A DNA stretch of 64,000 nucleotides, taken from assembly GCF_964204645.1 (NCBI RefSeq), contig NC_134034.1:3551814-3615813 (forward strand), read 5' to 3'. Of the stretch, positions 26,958-39,380 are shown in pieces (position 1 is the stretch's first letter; each line of letters begins with the position of its first letter). The notes under the pieces are model-generated. The model did no database searches. It worked only from the letters and a program-made list of their open reading frames with translations, and was not told the origin of the DNA. The DNA comes from Tubulanus polymorphus (Eukaryota > Animalia > Nemertea). Both the position numbers and the translations under genes were made by a program.

Positions 26958-29900
26958 TCAACTTTTTGATCTGTCTTTTTTGCCGTTACCGGCAGCAGTC
27001 GCCGCCGCGTTCGTTTGTAAATCGGAATTCTTATTTTTTCTATCACCGCCGCCACCAGAGGGCGCTACTATTCGTTGATGCGGAAGAGCGTTCGTTTTCG
27101 GAATGGAATAGTGCGTCGAGATGCCGTACGGTTTCAGATGGTAGATCAGGTATTCGAGAATGTACATCAGGTTCGGCGCGACGTAATGAAACGTGACGGC
27201 GTAGTCGCTGCAACAATCCGGCCCCTGAAATTAGAAACGCGGACAATATGGCGTCAGTAACGATTTCAGAAATTGTCGCCCGCGCAACCAACAGATGAAC
27301 CCACGCCTGTCACTCAGCACTCATAATTGTTCTATTTTTTCCTTCACCCTTCGAAATTGTCCTGAAATTGTCCGACTAATTTTAATAAAGGACCATGGGT
27401 TCCAGTAGGATCAACTGAGTAAATTTTAGTTTTAACCACAAAATCTATTTGTTCTTGGATTTGCAATAATGTGCAAACAGCTGATGAAATCATGGTACTG
27501 TAGCAAGCATGTTCAACGTTGATAATATCCATGCTAATGGGTGTTCCCTATGAGTCACAAGTACGTGATAGTGAACAGTTCTTGATAATGTCGCTGGGAA
27601 AGCCCTTCTAGAGGGTTTTCCAAGTGATGCCCTTGTGAAGGGCTTTCTCTGTGATGTCATGAAAGTAGGTCAAGCATCGATAAGTAGAAAGGGGGAAAAA
27701 TTCATTAAAATTTAGCACATTTTCTTCCAGCACATCCAAATGGCTTAGAGCTGATGGACGAAACTTGCCATATTCAATTCCAACACCTATTTCCCTCCAT
27801 ATGAAAAAATATCATATGTTCCAGTGGTTAAAATTTGTGCCACCAAGAGCTAACAGAAAGTTACTCTCAGAACCATTCCATAAGGAGGAACAAAGTTGAT
27901 CCTAAAAAAGGCCTGACAGTAGATGCATCGGCATCATGCACTACAATGCGCTATACAGAGACTGTTTGAAATAAGATAAGACGATTTCATTGTACTCTCC
28001 TACTATTTTAATACTTAACTAACTATTTGTCCGTAGATATTTACGAAAAGAAGAAAAATTGAAAACATTTCTCAAAACATATGATTACTACAGGCGTTTT
28101 TACGAGCATGCGATTTTTGCGATCGATTTCGTGAACGATTTGCTCCGATCGTACGATCGAATCGAATGTTCGTAAAAATGACGATCGATTTGGCTAATCA
28201 CATGACATAAATATGGCGACGTTGAGGAAAAAAATGTATGGTTTTGAACTACCCTCTGCCGCCAACTTGGAAATCAAATCGCCAAATCGCTCGACGAGCG
28301 AGTTGGTCGATTTCAAAAATCGATCGGAAAATCGTGTTCGTAAAAACGCCGATCGTGAAATCGATCGCAAAAATCGGTGCTCGTAAATGCGTTCCTACGA
28401 TCGATCGCAAAAATCGGATGCTCGTAAAAACGCCTTACGATCATATGTACTATTTATAAGATTACGTATTATTTACAATTCACTACAGGACGGAGCTATA
28501 TAAATCTAAACCATTTTTGAAGAATTTCACTAATTGGAGTTTTTTTTACGGTAATGTCAAAGTTTCTAAATATGTCTAAATTGAGAAACAGTTACGATCT
28601 ATGATTCTATTTAAACCGAGTGCTCATCACGCCACCTAGCGGGATAGCTGGCGTTACGGTTCGGACTTTCATTCACTCACCTCTTTAGCGGGAAAGTAGT
28701 TGTAGCTCCAATACCACATATTCTTCGGCAGGATACCGCGTATTAAATGGTGCTCCGGCACGAACGGGTGAAAGCGTTCCTTGCCTTCCGGGTCGCGAGA
28801 ATCCCCGGCCACCACTTTCACCTTTATTAAATAAATCGATTTATTTCTATCATTATTATTAATATCGTTATCATCATTATCATTGTAATAATTATTATCA
28901 TACTCCACTCTATAAACATTTCATTAACCCTTTTTTTCCTAAGGGGCCTGAACGTCCTAGTGACTGTACAGCCTCTAAAACATTAGCACTCCGTAGTGCC
29001 GAATTTCACTAAGTAGCGTCAATTACTCCTCAGAAAATTCAAGGGAAAATCCAAGTTTGTCACAATACCGAATTAGCTAATTTGTTGTAATTTCCACGCG
29101 TTACAAGCTTGTTTATCTTATAGTAACTAGTCAAGTCTTTCATATGTCATAAGGTTTGATGAGGTGGGCCACCAAACTCGTGTCTTTTTGGCCTGCCGAA
29201 ATTCATCCAAACAAACTTGAATTTGTAAAATGAGCGCTCAGATGTGTCATGTTCGTACTCTGAATACTGAGAAATAGAAATAGGAGGAAGTTGATTTCTG
29301 TTCGGTATTTCGAGGACTTATGCGTCTAGTTTATGATAAGCTATTGGGTTCGAATCCCGCTATAACCGTTTTCGTGCAGCATACGAAAAAAGTGGCGGGG
29401 CAGATTCGGGCGGCTTGAGGAGTAATAGGCAGGGCGGATACGAGCGGCTTGAGTGCTAATGGGTTAAGGCTCTGTTCAGGTCCGTATCATCGAGCTACTA
29501 ATTCTATCATGCATTCTATTTGTAACTTCGTATTCGTTGATTGATGATCGAATAAATTATCATTATTATTAGTATTGAAATTATTGTTATTACCTTCTCC
29601 AAGCACAGCCCCATTTCGACATCCTCGGCGCCGCCGTTGTCGCGACGGCAAATCGACTTGTTCAAGCCCTGCTCGATGAACGTCGTCAGCGCTTTACGAC
29701 TCAGTACGTAGCCGGCGCCGCCGCTCATGTAGCCCTGCTTCACGTACGGCTTGAAGCGGCGGCCGAAGTAGATCGGCTGCTCGCTCGAGTAGTTGCGCAA
29801 CATATGCCGCAGATTCTCGACGATCACGTACGTGTCGTCGTCGGCCTTCAGGAACCAGTCGCCGTCCTGCAGCAGGTGGTCGTAGCAATAGCGAAACGCC

Positions 29901-32900
29901 GCTTTCGTCTTGCCCCACAGTTCGTTGCGGCCCTCTTTGACGTCCAGTTTAACGGCCGGTAGTTCATTATTAACGGCCGAACTGATGAACACGTACTTGT
30001 TGCACCGTTTCGCCCACGTGGCTTTGATATGGACGGCTTTCGATTTGATATTCGACGGACTCGTCATTATCCAACAGACGATACGCACTTTTTTGTACAA
30101 TTCCGCGGCAACCGAGTCGTCATCTGTGCAGAGAAGAGAAACATAGTATTATCAGCGGGTTCAAGGTTTCTTGTACCCCTCAACCCACTGAGTACCACTC
30201 AGGATAATATCAGCAGGTTTGAGGTTTCTTGTACCCCTCAACCCACTGAGTACCACTCAGGATAATATCAGCAGGTTTGAGGTTTCTTGTTCACCTCAAC
30301 CCACTGAGTACCACTCAGGTATTATTAGCAGGTTTGAGGTTTCTTGTACCCCTCAACCCACTGAGCGTCACTCAGGGTATTATTAGCAGGTTCGAGGTTT
30401 CTTGTTCCCCTCAACCCACTGAGCGTCACTCAGGGTATTATTAGCAGGTTTGAGGTTTCTTGTTCGCCTCAACCCACTGAGTACCACTCAGAGTATTATT
30501 AGCAGGTTTGAGGTTTCTTGTTCGCCTCAACCCACTGAGCACCACTCAGGGTATTATCAGCAGGTTTGAGGTTTCTTGTTCCCCTCAACCCATTGAGCGT
30601 CACTCAGGGTATTATTAGCAGGTTTGAGGTTTCTTGTTCGCCTCAACCCACTGAGTACCACTCAGGGTATTATTAGCAGGTTTGAGGTTTCTTGTTCACC
30701 TCAACCCACTGAGCACCACTCAGGGTATTATCAGCAGGTTTGAGGTTTCTTGTTCCCCTCAACCCACTGAGCGTCACTCAGGGTATTATTAGCAGGTTTG
30801 AGGTTTCTTGTACTCCTCAACCCACTGAGCGCCACTCAGGGTATTATGAGCAGGTTTGGGGTTTATTTTATCCCTCAACCCACTGAGCGAGGGTATTATC
30901 AGCAGGTTTGAGGTTTCTTGTTCCCCTCAACCCACTGAGCGCCACTCAGGGTATTGTCAGCAGGTTTGAGGTTTCTTATACCCCTCAACCCACTGAGCGC
31001 CACTCAGGGTATTATTAGCAGGTTTGATGTTTCTTGTACCCCTCAACCCACTGAGTACTACTCAAGGTATTATCAGCAGGTTTGAGGTTTCTTTTTCGCC
31101 TCAACCTGCTGAGCATTACCAGTAGGGGGCGGTCTTGACAAGATTTCTCAACAATGATCGATGAGAAAACAATGCGCTGAAAAACTGACAGCATTGGACA
31201 CTCAAGGCGAAACAGCTCAATCGAAAACAATAGAATAGTCATACAGATGAATATCGCGATATCAGTTATATGAGTATTGTACTTCAAACGACAGAAGCGG
31301 AAATGAACGACCGATACAGAACACCTGTTCCCTATTTCACCCCCTGTAAAGATATCATCAGATTTATACAACGGATTATCGCGTGTATCGTAATCAATTT
31401 CTCCGCGGGGGGCAGGATGAGCGATATCCGTCTGTTTAAACACTGCTGCAGATGAATGCGACGTTTAGCCCTACCAATGTTCACCATTGAGGGCTTACCG
31501 ACGAATAATTCCCAGGTGATCGTTTTTTTTTTTAGTCGGTGCCAGGGGCTCAGATTTTTGACGGCCGCAGCGCGAGTAATGTTGTGAGTTTTCTTTTTTT
31601 GTCGGCCTCGCGATTGTGGGACCTTAGCTCTTTTTATACTTAATATGCAGGCTACTGTGCTGCCGTCACTTCGATTTTATTATTTTGTTCTTTTATATTA
31701 TCCACATTGTTTGTACTTCATTGACTTCAAACTCGACTGTTTTTCATTGTAAGATTTAAGAGTTCAATAAAGTTCTATTCTATTCATATATACATTATAT
31801 GTTACTTACACAAAAAAATAATAGACAGTTTGCAATAATCTACAAAGGCCAAAAGTCAAATAAAAATAAATTCAATTTTCTCCCTGTTCATGGGCACAAA
31901 TTTGGTGAAAAAGTGGGCAAATTTTTTTCAAAGATTTCACCTCCGCCGAATGAGAATACTGGCTCGAATGATGAAAACAATTGAAAAATATGAGGTTCTC
32001 TTTTGATCGCAGTGTGGAGAATTCGAACTTTCCAAGAATCATTTGTTTGAACATATATATATATATATATTGCCCTATCGACAGTTCCCTCTTCTTTAAA
32101 AATGGGAATTTTTTAAATCTTTATTTCCTCCTCCAAAATCAGTATATTTGAATAGGTCTCTACCGCGTAAACCGAGCTATTATTAAAAAAGGTAATACAA
32201 TATTTCGTATTCGTTTCCGTAATATTGTAAATCAATTCGCGAATAAAACATTATACCCTTGGAAATAATCATGCTCCCTCTCCTCTTTCGGCAGCTTTCA
32301 TCTTTCGACTACCGCGTGCAAAAATAACGAAACCGGGTATATAATCATTCAAATGATATCTTCGATATTGAACATAGACACGCGCAACTACGTCTGCCCG
32401 CGTGTTTCCGAACAAATATTTCGCGTTCAGTTTCAAATCATCGATTTTCCGATCAAAAGCAATATTTTCGATTGCGAAATTCATTTTCACGCAACTTCAA
32501 TACACGATGAAAGACGTGCAGGCAAAAGTATCGACGAAAACGAGTGTGTTCGCACCTGCCATCGGTGTCGCAGGTGTACAGGTGGGATTTTGAACATGTG
32601 GCTTGAAGTACACAGATACCACGTACGCGCAATAAATGTTATACATGATTATTGCACTATGTCGATATATCAATGTGTACTGTATCAATCCGTAGCAGCC
32701 CTTGGCCCATCTGATATCGAAAATAATCATCGTTGTCTTTCCAATTTTTTATATCCCGCCTTCACCCTTATACGGTACAGCCCCCGGCTTGGAGACATCC
32801 TTTTCTCGAAATGTATTTATATGCGTGTGTATTACGTAGTACCGGTAATTAGAGAGGATGAAGTAGATTCATATATTCACCGGACTTTGGCCCGAGATAT

Positions 32901-34388
32901 TTTCCGAGATCACGCGAACATATTTTGCCCGGGGCCAATCCCGGGTACGAAATTCCTGTTCAATTCGGGGACCAAATACGGCCCGGTCGAAGACGTCGGA
33001 CCAGATCCGAGGCCACATTTCAAAAGACAGACACTTTATCAGCGCACTTTCAAAAACACTTCACACGTGTGTTCAGCACTTCACATCAGACATTTTTGAT
33101 TGAGAATGAATTACAAAAATCAGATATTAGACATTCTAGGAAACATCCTTTCAACGATGATTGTCCGCACTTAAGTTCAGGACCTTTTTCACCTGAGATA
33201 TTTAACTACGAACACGAGAAATTTATATCAGCACACACACTCAAAAACTGATTTAGTCAACATTTCACATACGTACGTCCAGAACTTTACACGAGACATT
33301 TTTAGTTGAAAATGAACTAAAAACACCAGATATTGGACATTTTTCAGCTCACTTTCAAAAACTGATCATTAAGCATTAAGGCTTCATGCTACAAGATGGG
33401 AAATGTCTTGTAGGGGAAAGTTTAGAGTGAGGATTCACTAGTGGTCACTCGGTTGATTCAATTACTTCTACATTTCAATGGGGTTGATTTTCAACGAACT
33501 CTGAACTGGATTTTTAGGCTCCCAAATGGAAATGTTGTCAAACAAGTCATCAAATAGATATGAGATTGACGTGCCCAATGAGTGTATGGTAGAGTTTTAT
33601 TAGAAATTGATTTTACTAATGAGAAAAATTGACTCGAATTTAAATGAAATGTAGAAGAAATTGAAGTGCGGTAACCGAGTAACCACTAGTGACACCTGGT
33701 GGGTTCTCATCTGCCTAAGTGGAAGCCTCAATTGCCAGAGTAGCGGCACCGGTACCCCATTAAATTTGAATCAATTTTTCCTATCAATAAATCATTTTCT
33801 AGTGAAATCTATACCAAATCTATATCTATCCCATCACTTGTTTGATCATATTCGGATTTGGAAGTCTAAAAGTTAAGTTTAAATTTCATTAAAAAAACAA
33901 ACTGATTTTCACTAGTGTTTCCCAGGACCCGGTTCCACGGTTCTGAGTTGAATTCGACAGTAGAGTTAAAACATCGAAAATGAACCAACTAACTCTGAGT
34001 AAACTCTAATTCACGGTTTTGGAACCGGGCCGGGTGTTATAAAGCGCCACCTGGTGAGGGCCGACGGTTGCCCGTTGTAAGACGAATAGATCATCATTCG
34101 GCACATACCGTGGTCGTGTTGATGGGACTCGCTCCAGTTCTGCGCGATTTCCGGCCCGTGCACTTCGAAGTTGCCGTGGTTGTGTGGGTCGCTGGGCGGC
34201 AGGACGGCCTCGTTGCTCCGGTGCGGCGCCTGCGCCCCCGCCGCCCTCGAGGCCGACGGACCCCCGGAACTCGCGTACATCACGCGCACGCTCGTCGGTC
34301 GCTGCAGCATCAATACGGTGACGAACGCGCCGCCGCAAAACGCCCCGAACAAAAACGACACGAAGAAATTCTTTCCCAAAGACGCCAT
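26958..34388 (-). CDS. C1GALT1: Glycoprotein-N-acetylgalactosamine 3-beta-galactosyltransferase 1 (core 1 T-synthase), 405 aa
   Basis: Coding exons 34388-34109, 30123-29594, 28821-28681, 27224-26958; all GT-AG with consistent phases (1218 nt). N-terminal TM segment, then [30 protein letters not shown] (DxD), [51 protein letters not shown]. Confidence 0.96.
28093..28434. mobile_element. Harbinger-like MITE in C1GALT1 intron
   Basis: TIR GGCGTTTTTACGAGCAT / ATGCTCGTAAAAACGCC with internal CGATCGAT repeats. Confidence 0.7.
28981..29467. mobile_element. piggyBac-like non-autonomous element
   Basis: CATTAGCACTC ... GAGTGCTAATGGG|TTAA; the same right end recurs at ~49658-49674. Confidence 0.55.
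30146..31110. repeat. 58-bp minisatellite, ~16 copies, in C1GALT1 intron
   Basis: Unit ATTAGCAGGTTTGAGGTTTCTTGTTCGCCTCAACCCACTGAGTACCACTCAGGGTATT; period 58 (30444, 30502, 30560). Confidence 0.95.
32269..33099. other. Unassigned coding-like island in C1GALT1 intron (248-codon + ORF; exactly antisense frame with only 3 internal stops)
   Basis: Non-repetitive long ORF 32353-33099; minus ORFs 32497-32730 and 32269-32490 lie in the same codon register; no homology I can recognise. Confidence 0.35.
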
Positions 34389-34711
34389 TTTTTTCTTTCT
34401 CGCCGATTCAAAATACCTGAAAAATAAAGCGTAAGTGGTTATTAGATTAGAATACGGATATATTCGAATGAATTTTAGATCCACCATTTTTTTCCGAAAT
34501 AACAGCTGAGTCAGGGTTTGTATCATCTCTGATTACTTGAATTAGTCTCTTTTTCACAGGGCCCAGTTTCACAAAAATGATTAAAGCCTTAATCGATTTA
34601 AGATAAACTGAATTGATGAAGAAATTAAATCGATTTAAGAGTGAAACCTTTTTGTGAAACTGGGCCCAGGATTGTTTAAATCGAAATCTCATAATTTCAG
34701 TTGTAATAGAG

Positions 34712-34764
34712 TATTCCTGAAGATGACTATTAGGACTATTAGGATATAGTCGAAACGTTGAATA
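34712..34764 (+). ncRNA. Type I minimal hammerhead ribozyme motif (Penelope-type), apparently intact
   Basis: TATTC-CTGAAGA-T-GACTAT-(15-nt loop)-ATAGTC-GAAA-CG-TT-GAATA: stem I TATTC/GAATA, stem II GACTAT/ATAGTC, intact CUGANGA and GAAA core, palindromic ACGU stem III, GUU cleavage triplet. Confidence 0.75.
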
Positions 34765-35063
34765 AACTACCAGCTTCGGGTACATTTTCGGACTGTGTTT
34801 TTTCGTTATTATTGCGGGATTCTCTCTAGTCTATACATCGCTTCAACGCGGATATAGCGTTTTATGAATCGTGATCAGGGTACGGTCCCTGCGGGTCAGT
34901 TATTCCAATATGCCGATAATAAAGGAGAAAATTTTGTTCGATTGATATGTACAGTAAGCAGGCGGGTACGTGTAAATTGAGCTGCTATTCAACAGCCCCT
35001 TCACGATGGATGCAAATTTTCAAGGACTGGAAAAGTGGCCTTTTTGGATGCCTACCTATATTA

Positions 35064-35591
35064 GAGCGAGCGGTGTGGGCGAGTGGTTAGTGCGTTCAAC
35101 TCTGCGTAGCCAGGTCGTGGGTTCCAACCCTGTGCATTACCGTAGTGTCCTCGGGCAAGACACTTATCCTCATTGCCTCTCTCCACCCAGGAGTAAATGG
35201 GTACCTGGCCTGATAGATGATTCCTGAGCGTTTGTTAGCAGTTCGGTGTTACTTCTCTCCAGGGAGAGATGACTCCTGAGCGTCTAGCAGCTGCTCGAAT
35301 GTTACTTCTCTCCAGGGAGAGATGACTCCTGAGCGTCTAGCAGCTGCTCGGATATGACTTCTCCCAGGGGAGAGATGACTCCGGAGCGTCTAGCAGCTGC
35401 TCGAATGTTACTTCTCTCCGGGGAGAGATGACTCCTAAGCGTTTAGCAGCTGCTCAGATATGACTCTCCCCGGGGAGAGATGACTGATACATGAATAGAG
35501 GTATAGGCTGGGGTAATAATACCAAATTTGGAGCTAATTTGAACTGACTCTGGTTAAGATACTTGACCTATATAAATGACAATTATTATTC
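35064..35591 (+). mobile_element. tRNA-derived SINE with CORE-like domain and internal ~55-bp tandem repeats
   Basis: A box TGGGCGAGTGG (35076), B box GGTTCCAACCC (35120), CORE-like GTGTCCTCGGGCAAGACACTT...GTAAATGGGTACC, tandem GAGAGATGACTCCTGAGCGTCTAGCAGCTGCTCG units, ATT-rich tail. Confidence 0.75.
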
Positions 35592-36458
35592 ATTGATTAA
35601 TCAATAATACTAAATTAAACTAATTAAATACTTTATGAATCACAAAATTAACATTAATCAATACTTTACAAATTAATTGCCCCCTACTGTGTTGTCTTAA
35701 CCTGGACCCAGTTCCACACTGTTGAGAGTTAAGATTTGACTCAAAGTTCACTCATCGAAAATGAACTAATCTTAACTGAGAGTTAACTCTAACTCAGAAC
35801 TGTGGAACTGGATCCTCGATGATCAGTTTAATCTGGATTATGACCTAGTCATAAATGATGTTTAACGCAGATGTAATTATCAGTGATCCCGAAGGAACAA
35901 TCCCGATTTTAAGCCGGTTTCATCACAGGCCTACCCAAATTGTTTTTCCATGAACAGGGCGAATCAGGCTACACGGCTGTCGCGAATGATCCAAAAACCT
36001 CAGGACCCAGTTCCACAGTCGTGAGTTAAGATTTGACCCTGATTTAAAACATTGAAAATGAACTAATTTTAACTCTAACTCAGAACTGTGGAACTGGGTC
36101 CAGATTTCTCATAAACCCGATTAAACGTCATTGGACACATGGAACATTGATAATATCTGATTATGATCGATAATACCCCCCCTCCCCACCGTATGAAAAT
36201 ATTCGAAACTCACTACCATCCATATACCATCAGTAAAACAAATGCTATTGAATTATTTTTTTCTAAATATCATTTCATATCTGCGCATAGTGGATAATTC
36301 TATTAACCTATAACAACAATCGCTGACATCTGTTGCTTGTTCAAATATACATGTAATAACCCACGTAAGCTCTGCTGTATCTGCCAGTTCGTTTACTTAA
36401 AACTTCGAAATTTCAATATCGCGCATTATTTCTAATCGACCGGATATAAAAAAGTCAT

Positions 36459-36790
36459 GCACGTTTTTCTGTATCCCATATAGAATAACCGGGGTCAGGT
36501 TTCAGCTCAAATCAGTTAAGTTAGAGTTTTTGGCATACCGAACACTAAAAAGAAGATTCAAAATATTTTTTTTATATATATAACGGGTTTTCTGCCGCTA
36601 CGCACATTTTTATGTATCCCATATAGAATAACTGGGGTCAGGTTTCAGCTCAAATCAGTTAAGTTAGAGTTTTTGGCAAAGTGAACACTAAAAAGAAGAT
36701 TCGAAATATTTTTTTTAAATAGGCTATAACGGGTTTTCTGCCGCTACGCACGTTTTTATGTATCCCATAGGCCTATAGAATAACCAGGGT
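36459..36790. repeat. ~145-bp tandem duplication (about 2.3 copies)
   Basis: TGTATCCCATATAGAATAAC..GGGGTCAGGTTTCAGCTCAAATCAG block repeated. Confidence 0.85.
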
Positions 36791-39244
36791 CCGGTTGCAC
36801 GAAAAAGTTTAGGCTTAATTCAGTTAAGAACCCACCATCCACGATTTCGGCGTCTTATCCGCCAAAATTGAGAACTTCGTCCTTCGCCAGATTTCTCGAG
36901 TTTTCCATTCCCAAAGCCGAATAAAAATCAAGAATAAAAACTCTAACAAAAGTTTGAAATTTTTACGACCGCTTAAAATACAAGCTACAAAATACAATAA
37001 TCATAGACTTTATTTATACAGTGTCTTGTTGCTAAACGAACTACTGAAATTGAGGAATTCATACTGCATTAACGCAGCCATCCAAAACAAATTAGTAGAG
37101 TTGCTTTTGCTTTCACGCCCGCGACAGTTTTCAATTAGTGAAAGATTTCAAATAATTACTTTAGGTTAACAAAGCTGTAATAGACCGACGCCGGGCGCCG
37201 ATGGACATCCCTTTGGTAAACGCGTATATGTGGATACTACGAAGTGTCTTCTTAACCGATTCTGACTAGCTGACAAAGTCAGAAAAAAATGACGTCACTT
37301 GACATCCGGTTTGCAGTTCATGGGGAAATCGGAAGTAGAATTACGTCACGCTAAAATCCGGCAGCGAAATAACTAAAATAAGGCCAATTAATGGATCGGG
37401 TTATTTCAGAATTTATTTATTTCATGAAATTTCGAACAAGATTGGGTCGATGAATAGTTTAACAATGAACCGCGTTGATCGAATAGCTGAAATTCCCTTA
37501 GCAACGGGGAGCGAATTCATAATAAACAAAACGCGCCGGCGCGCCCGGTTCAGCCATCGCAGGTTCGAATCCCGGAGAATTACGTTCTCGCGCGCACGTG
37601 CGACAGTCAACCCCAGCCGCAGCGCTGAAATATGTGATCATTCATCAAGTTTAATGACCCTAAAACTGCGATGAGTCGCATTGTCGTACGATTTCCTTAA
37701 AATTTCAAGGCAGCGCGGTGGATCGGCGGCACGGTCTCGCTCCGCGGAGCAGCGACATCGCGGTCGGCAAAAACATTAGTCTCCGCCCCTTCTTTCACCA
37801 AATAAGGAATTCGATACCGCTGGCCACGTGCACTATTAATTTTGAGCCGTAGATTCCCGGTACTCGACATACCCCCGAGAATTAGAAACAAATAAATATT
37901 TTTTTCGCGAGAGAAATCAATTTTTGTATTGACATTTAAATTTTACAACGTGTCTTTCATTATTTCTTGTCTTTCTTTACTTTTCAAATGGAGCTAATTT
38001 CTAAATTAACACCAGGTCAAATTCTTCAATCTTGCAAACCGTCTCAGTTTCACCATAATATCGGTTTTTACATTTCGGGTTTTACAAAGTGGTTTATAAA
38101 CCATTGAAAAATTCCTGATACAAATCGAAATAGTAATCTTTTTAGCAGTGGTAAACCGACCTGCCCCGGGTAGCCAAAGACCAGTTTATATTTAGTAAAG
38201 AAATGGGTCAAGTTATTTTCATAGAAAATTGAATTTCATTTGATCTACCGTACAGATGAAATGAACAGGTTTGTCATAATTTTCCTAATCAAAATATAAG
38301 CCAAAATTTTTAATAACCAGAAATTAGTCGAACCTTAAGAGTTGAAGTTTCATCTTTCTTTCCCCCACCACTTAACTATATGGCATCAGTTTTCATTTTT
38401 CCAAGCTTAACAATAAGAATTGATTTAATTTCTTCAATAATCTAATGCTCGGGGCCCAAATCTACAGAACAATTTCAATATCGAAATAAAATTGAGGTGT
38501 TCCTTTAGTCAGTGACACTATTTTGAGTGTTTTTGTTACACTCCATACGTGAACGAGGTTGTTTTCGAATCGTTATGATTTCTTAATCTTAGTATGAAAA
38601 ATTAAATCAAGCTGCAGTGACGAAGCGTCCGTCACTTAGATTTCATCTATTACATATTAACCTCAAATTTGAACTGATGGTCACTGATCAGTGATTCGAA
38701 TAATGATGGCATATTTGGCCGTGGCCATTGTTTTGAGAATTGCAAATTCTCTAGCAATTGAAATTGAATCGATCCTTTGTCGATCGATCGAAGAGAGATG
38801 GAAAATTATTCGATATTATCTGTGTGGTTATATTATATTCGTCGGTCGACCCATTGGTCGCACCGGCAGGGGGGTGCCAGCCGCCAGTTTTTGAGTTGGC
38901 CGGTATCCGATTTGAATTTTAGTGGTTGGTATTATTTTACTTTTGGTCGGTAATAAAGTTACTTTTAGTCGGTATCATAGTTTACTTTTTGTGGTTGTTA
39001 CAATTTTGGTCGGTACTAATTTTACTTTTGGTCGATATTGGACGGCTTTTGGTCGGTATCAGGCGGTTTTGGTCAGTATTGGGCGGTTTTGGTCGGTATT
39101 TAGAACTTAGACACTTAATTTAGACACTGGACGTCTGACTGACAGCGACGACAAAAAAGTCTAAAAAAAATAGTCGGTCAATTTTAAATATGGCCGTAGT
39201 AAGTAGTATACTGTAGTAAAAACGAAATCAGTCTTACGACTTAC

Positions 39245-39380
39245 CTGTCCCCGGTCGGTATCTACTATCAAACTATATAAAACGGAACCATCCTTAATCA
39301 GTACTCCATCAACAACACATGTGTCGTTTCTCTCATGACAAGCGGCGTCGCGTCGCTCAGGAATTCCGAACCCGGAAGTT
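39245..39380 (-). promoter_or_regulatory. Candidate promoter and non-coding first exon of C1GALT1
   Basis: Minus-strand donor CAG|GTAAGT at 39245/39244 and ETS-like CCGGAAGT at ~39372. The ATG-bearing exon starts at an acceptor (34416), so an upstream exon is expected. Confidence 0.45.

Noticed and set aside
29156-29210. Hammerhead-like TTGATGA-GGTGGGCC...GGCCTGCC-GAAATTC
   Set aside because: Core C3 is missing, stem I is unconvincing, stem III is not palindromic, and it lies inside a DNA-transposon remnant
32700-32770. KGEGGI*KIGKTT...WAKG resembling a NACHT Walker A
   Set aside because: Interrupted by a stop, spacing is wrong and no Walker B is recognisable; kept only as part of the unassigned island
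29694-34434. ORFs overlapping C1GALT1 exons on other frames or strands (similar cases over the bursicon and ELP2 exons)
   Set aside because: Shadow frames of GC-rich real exons
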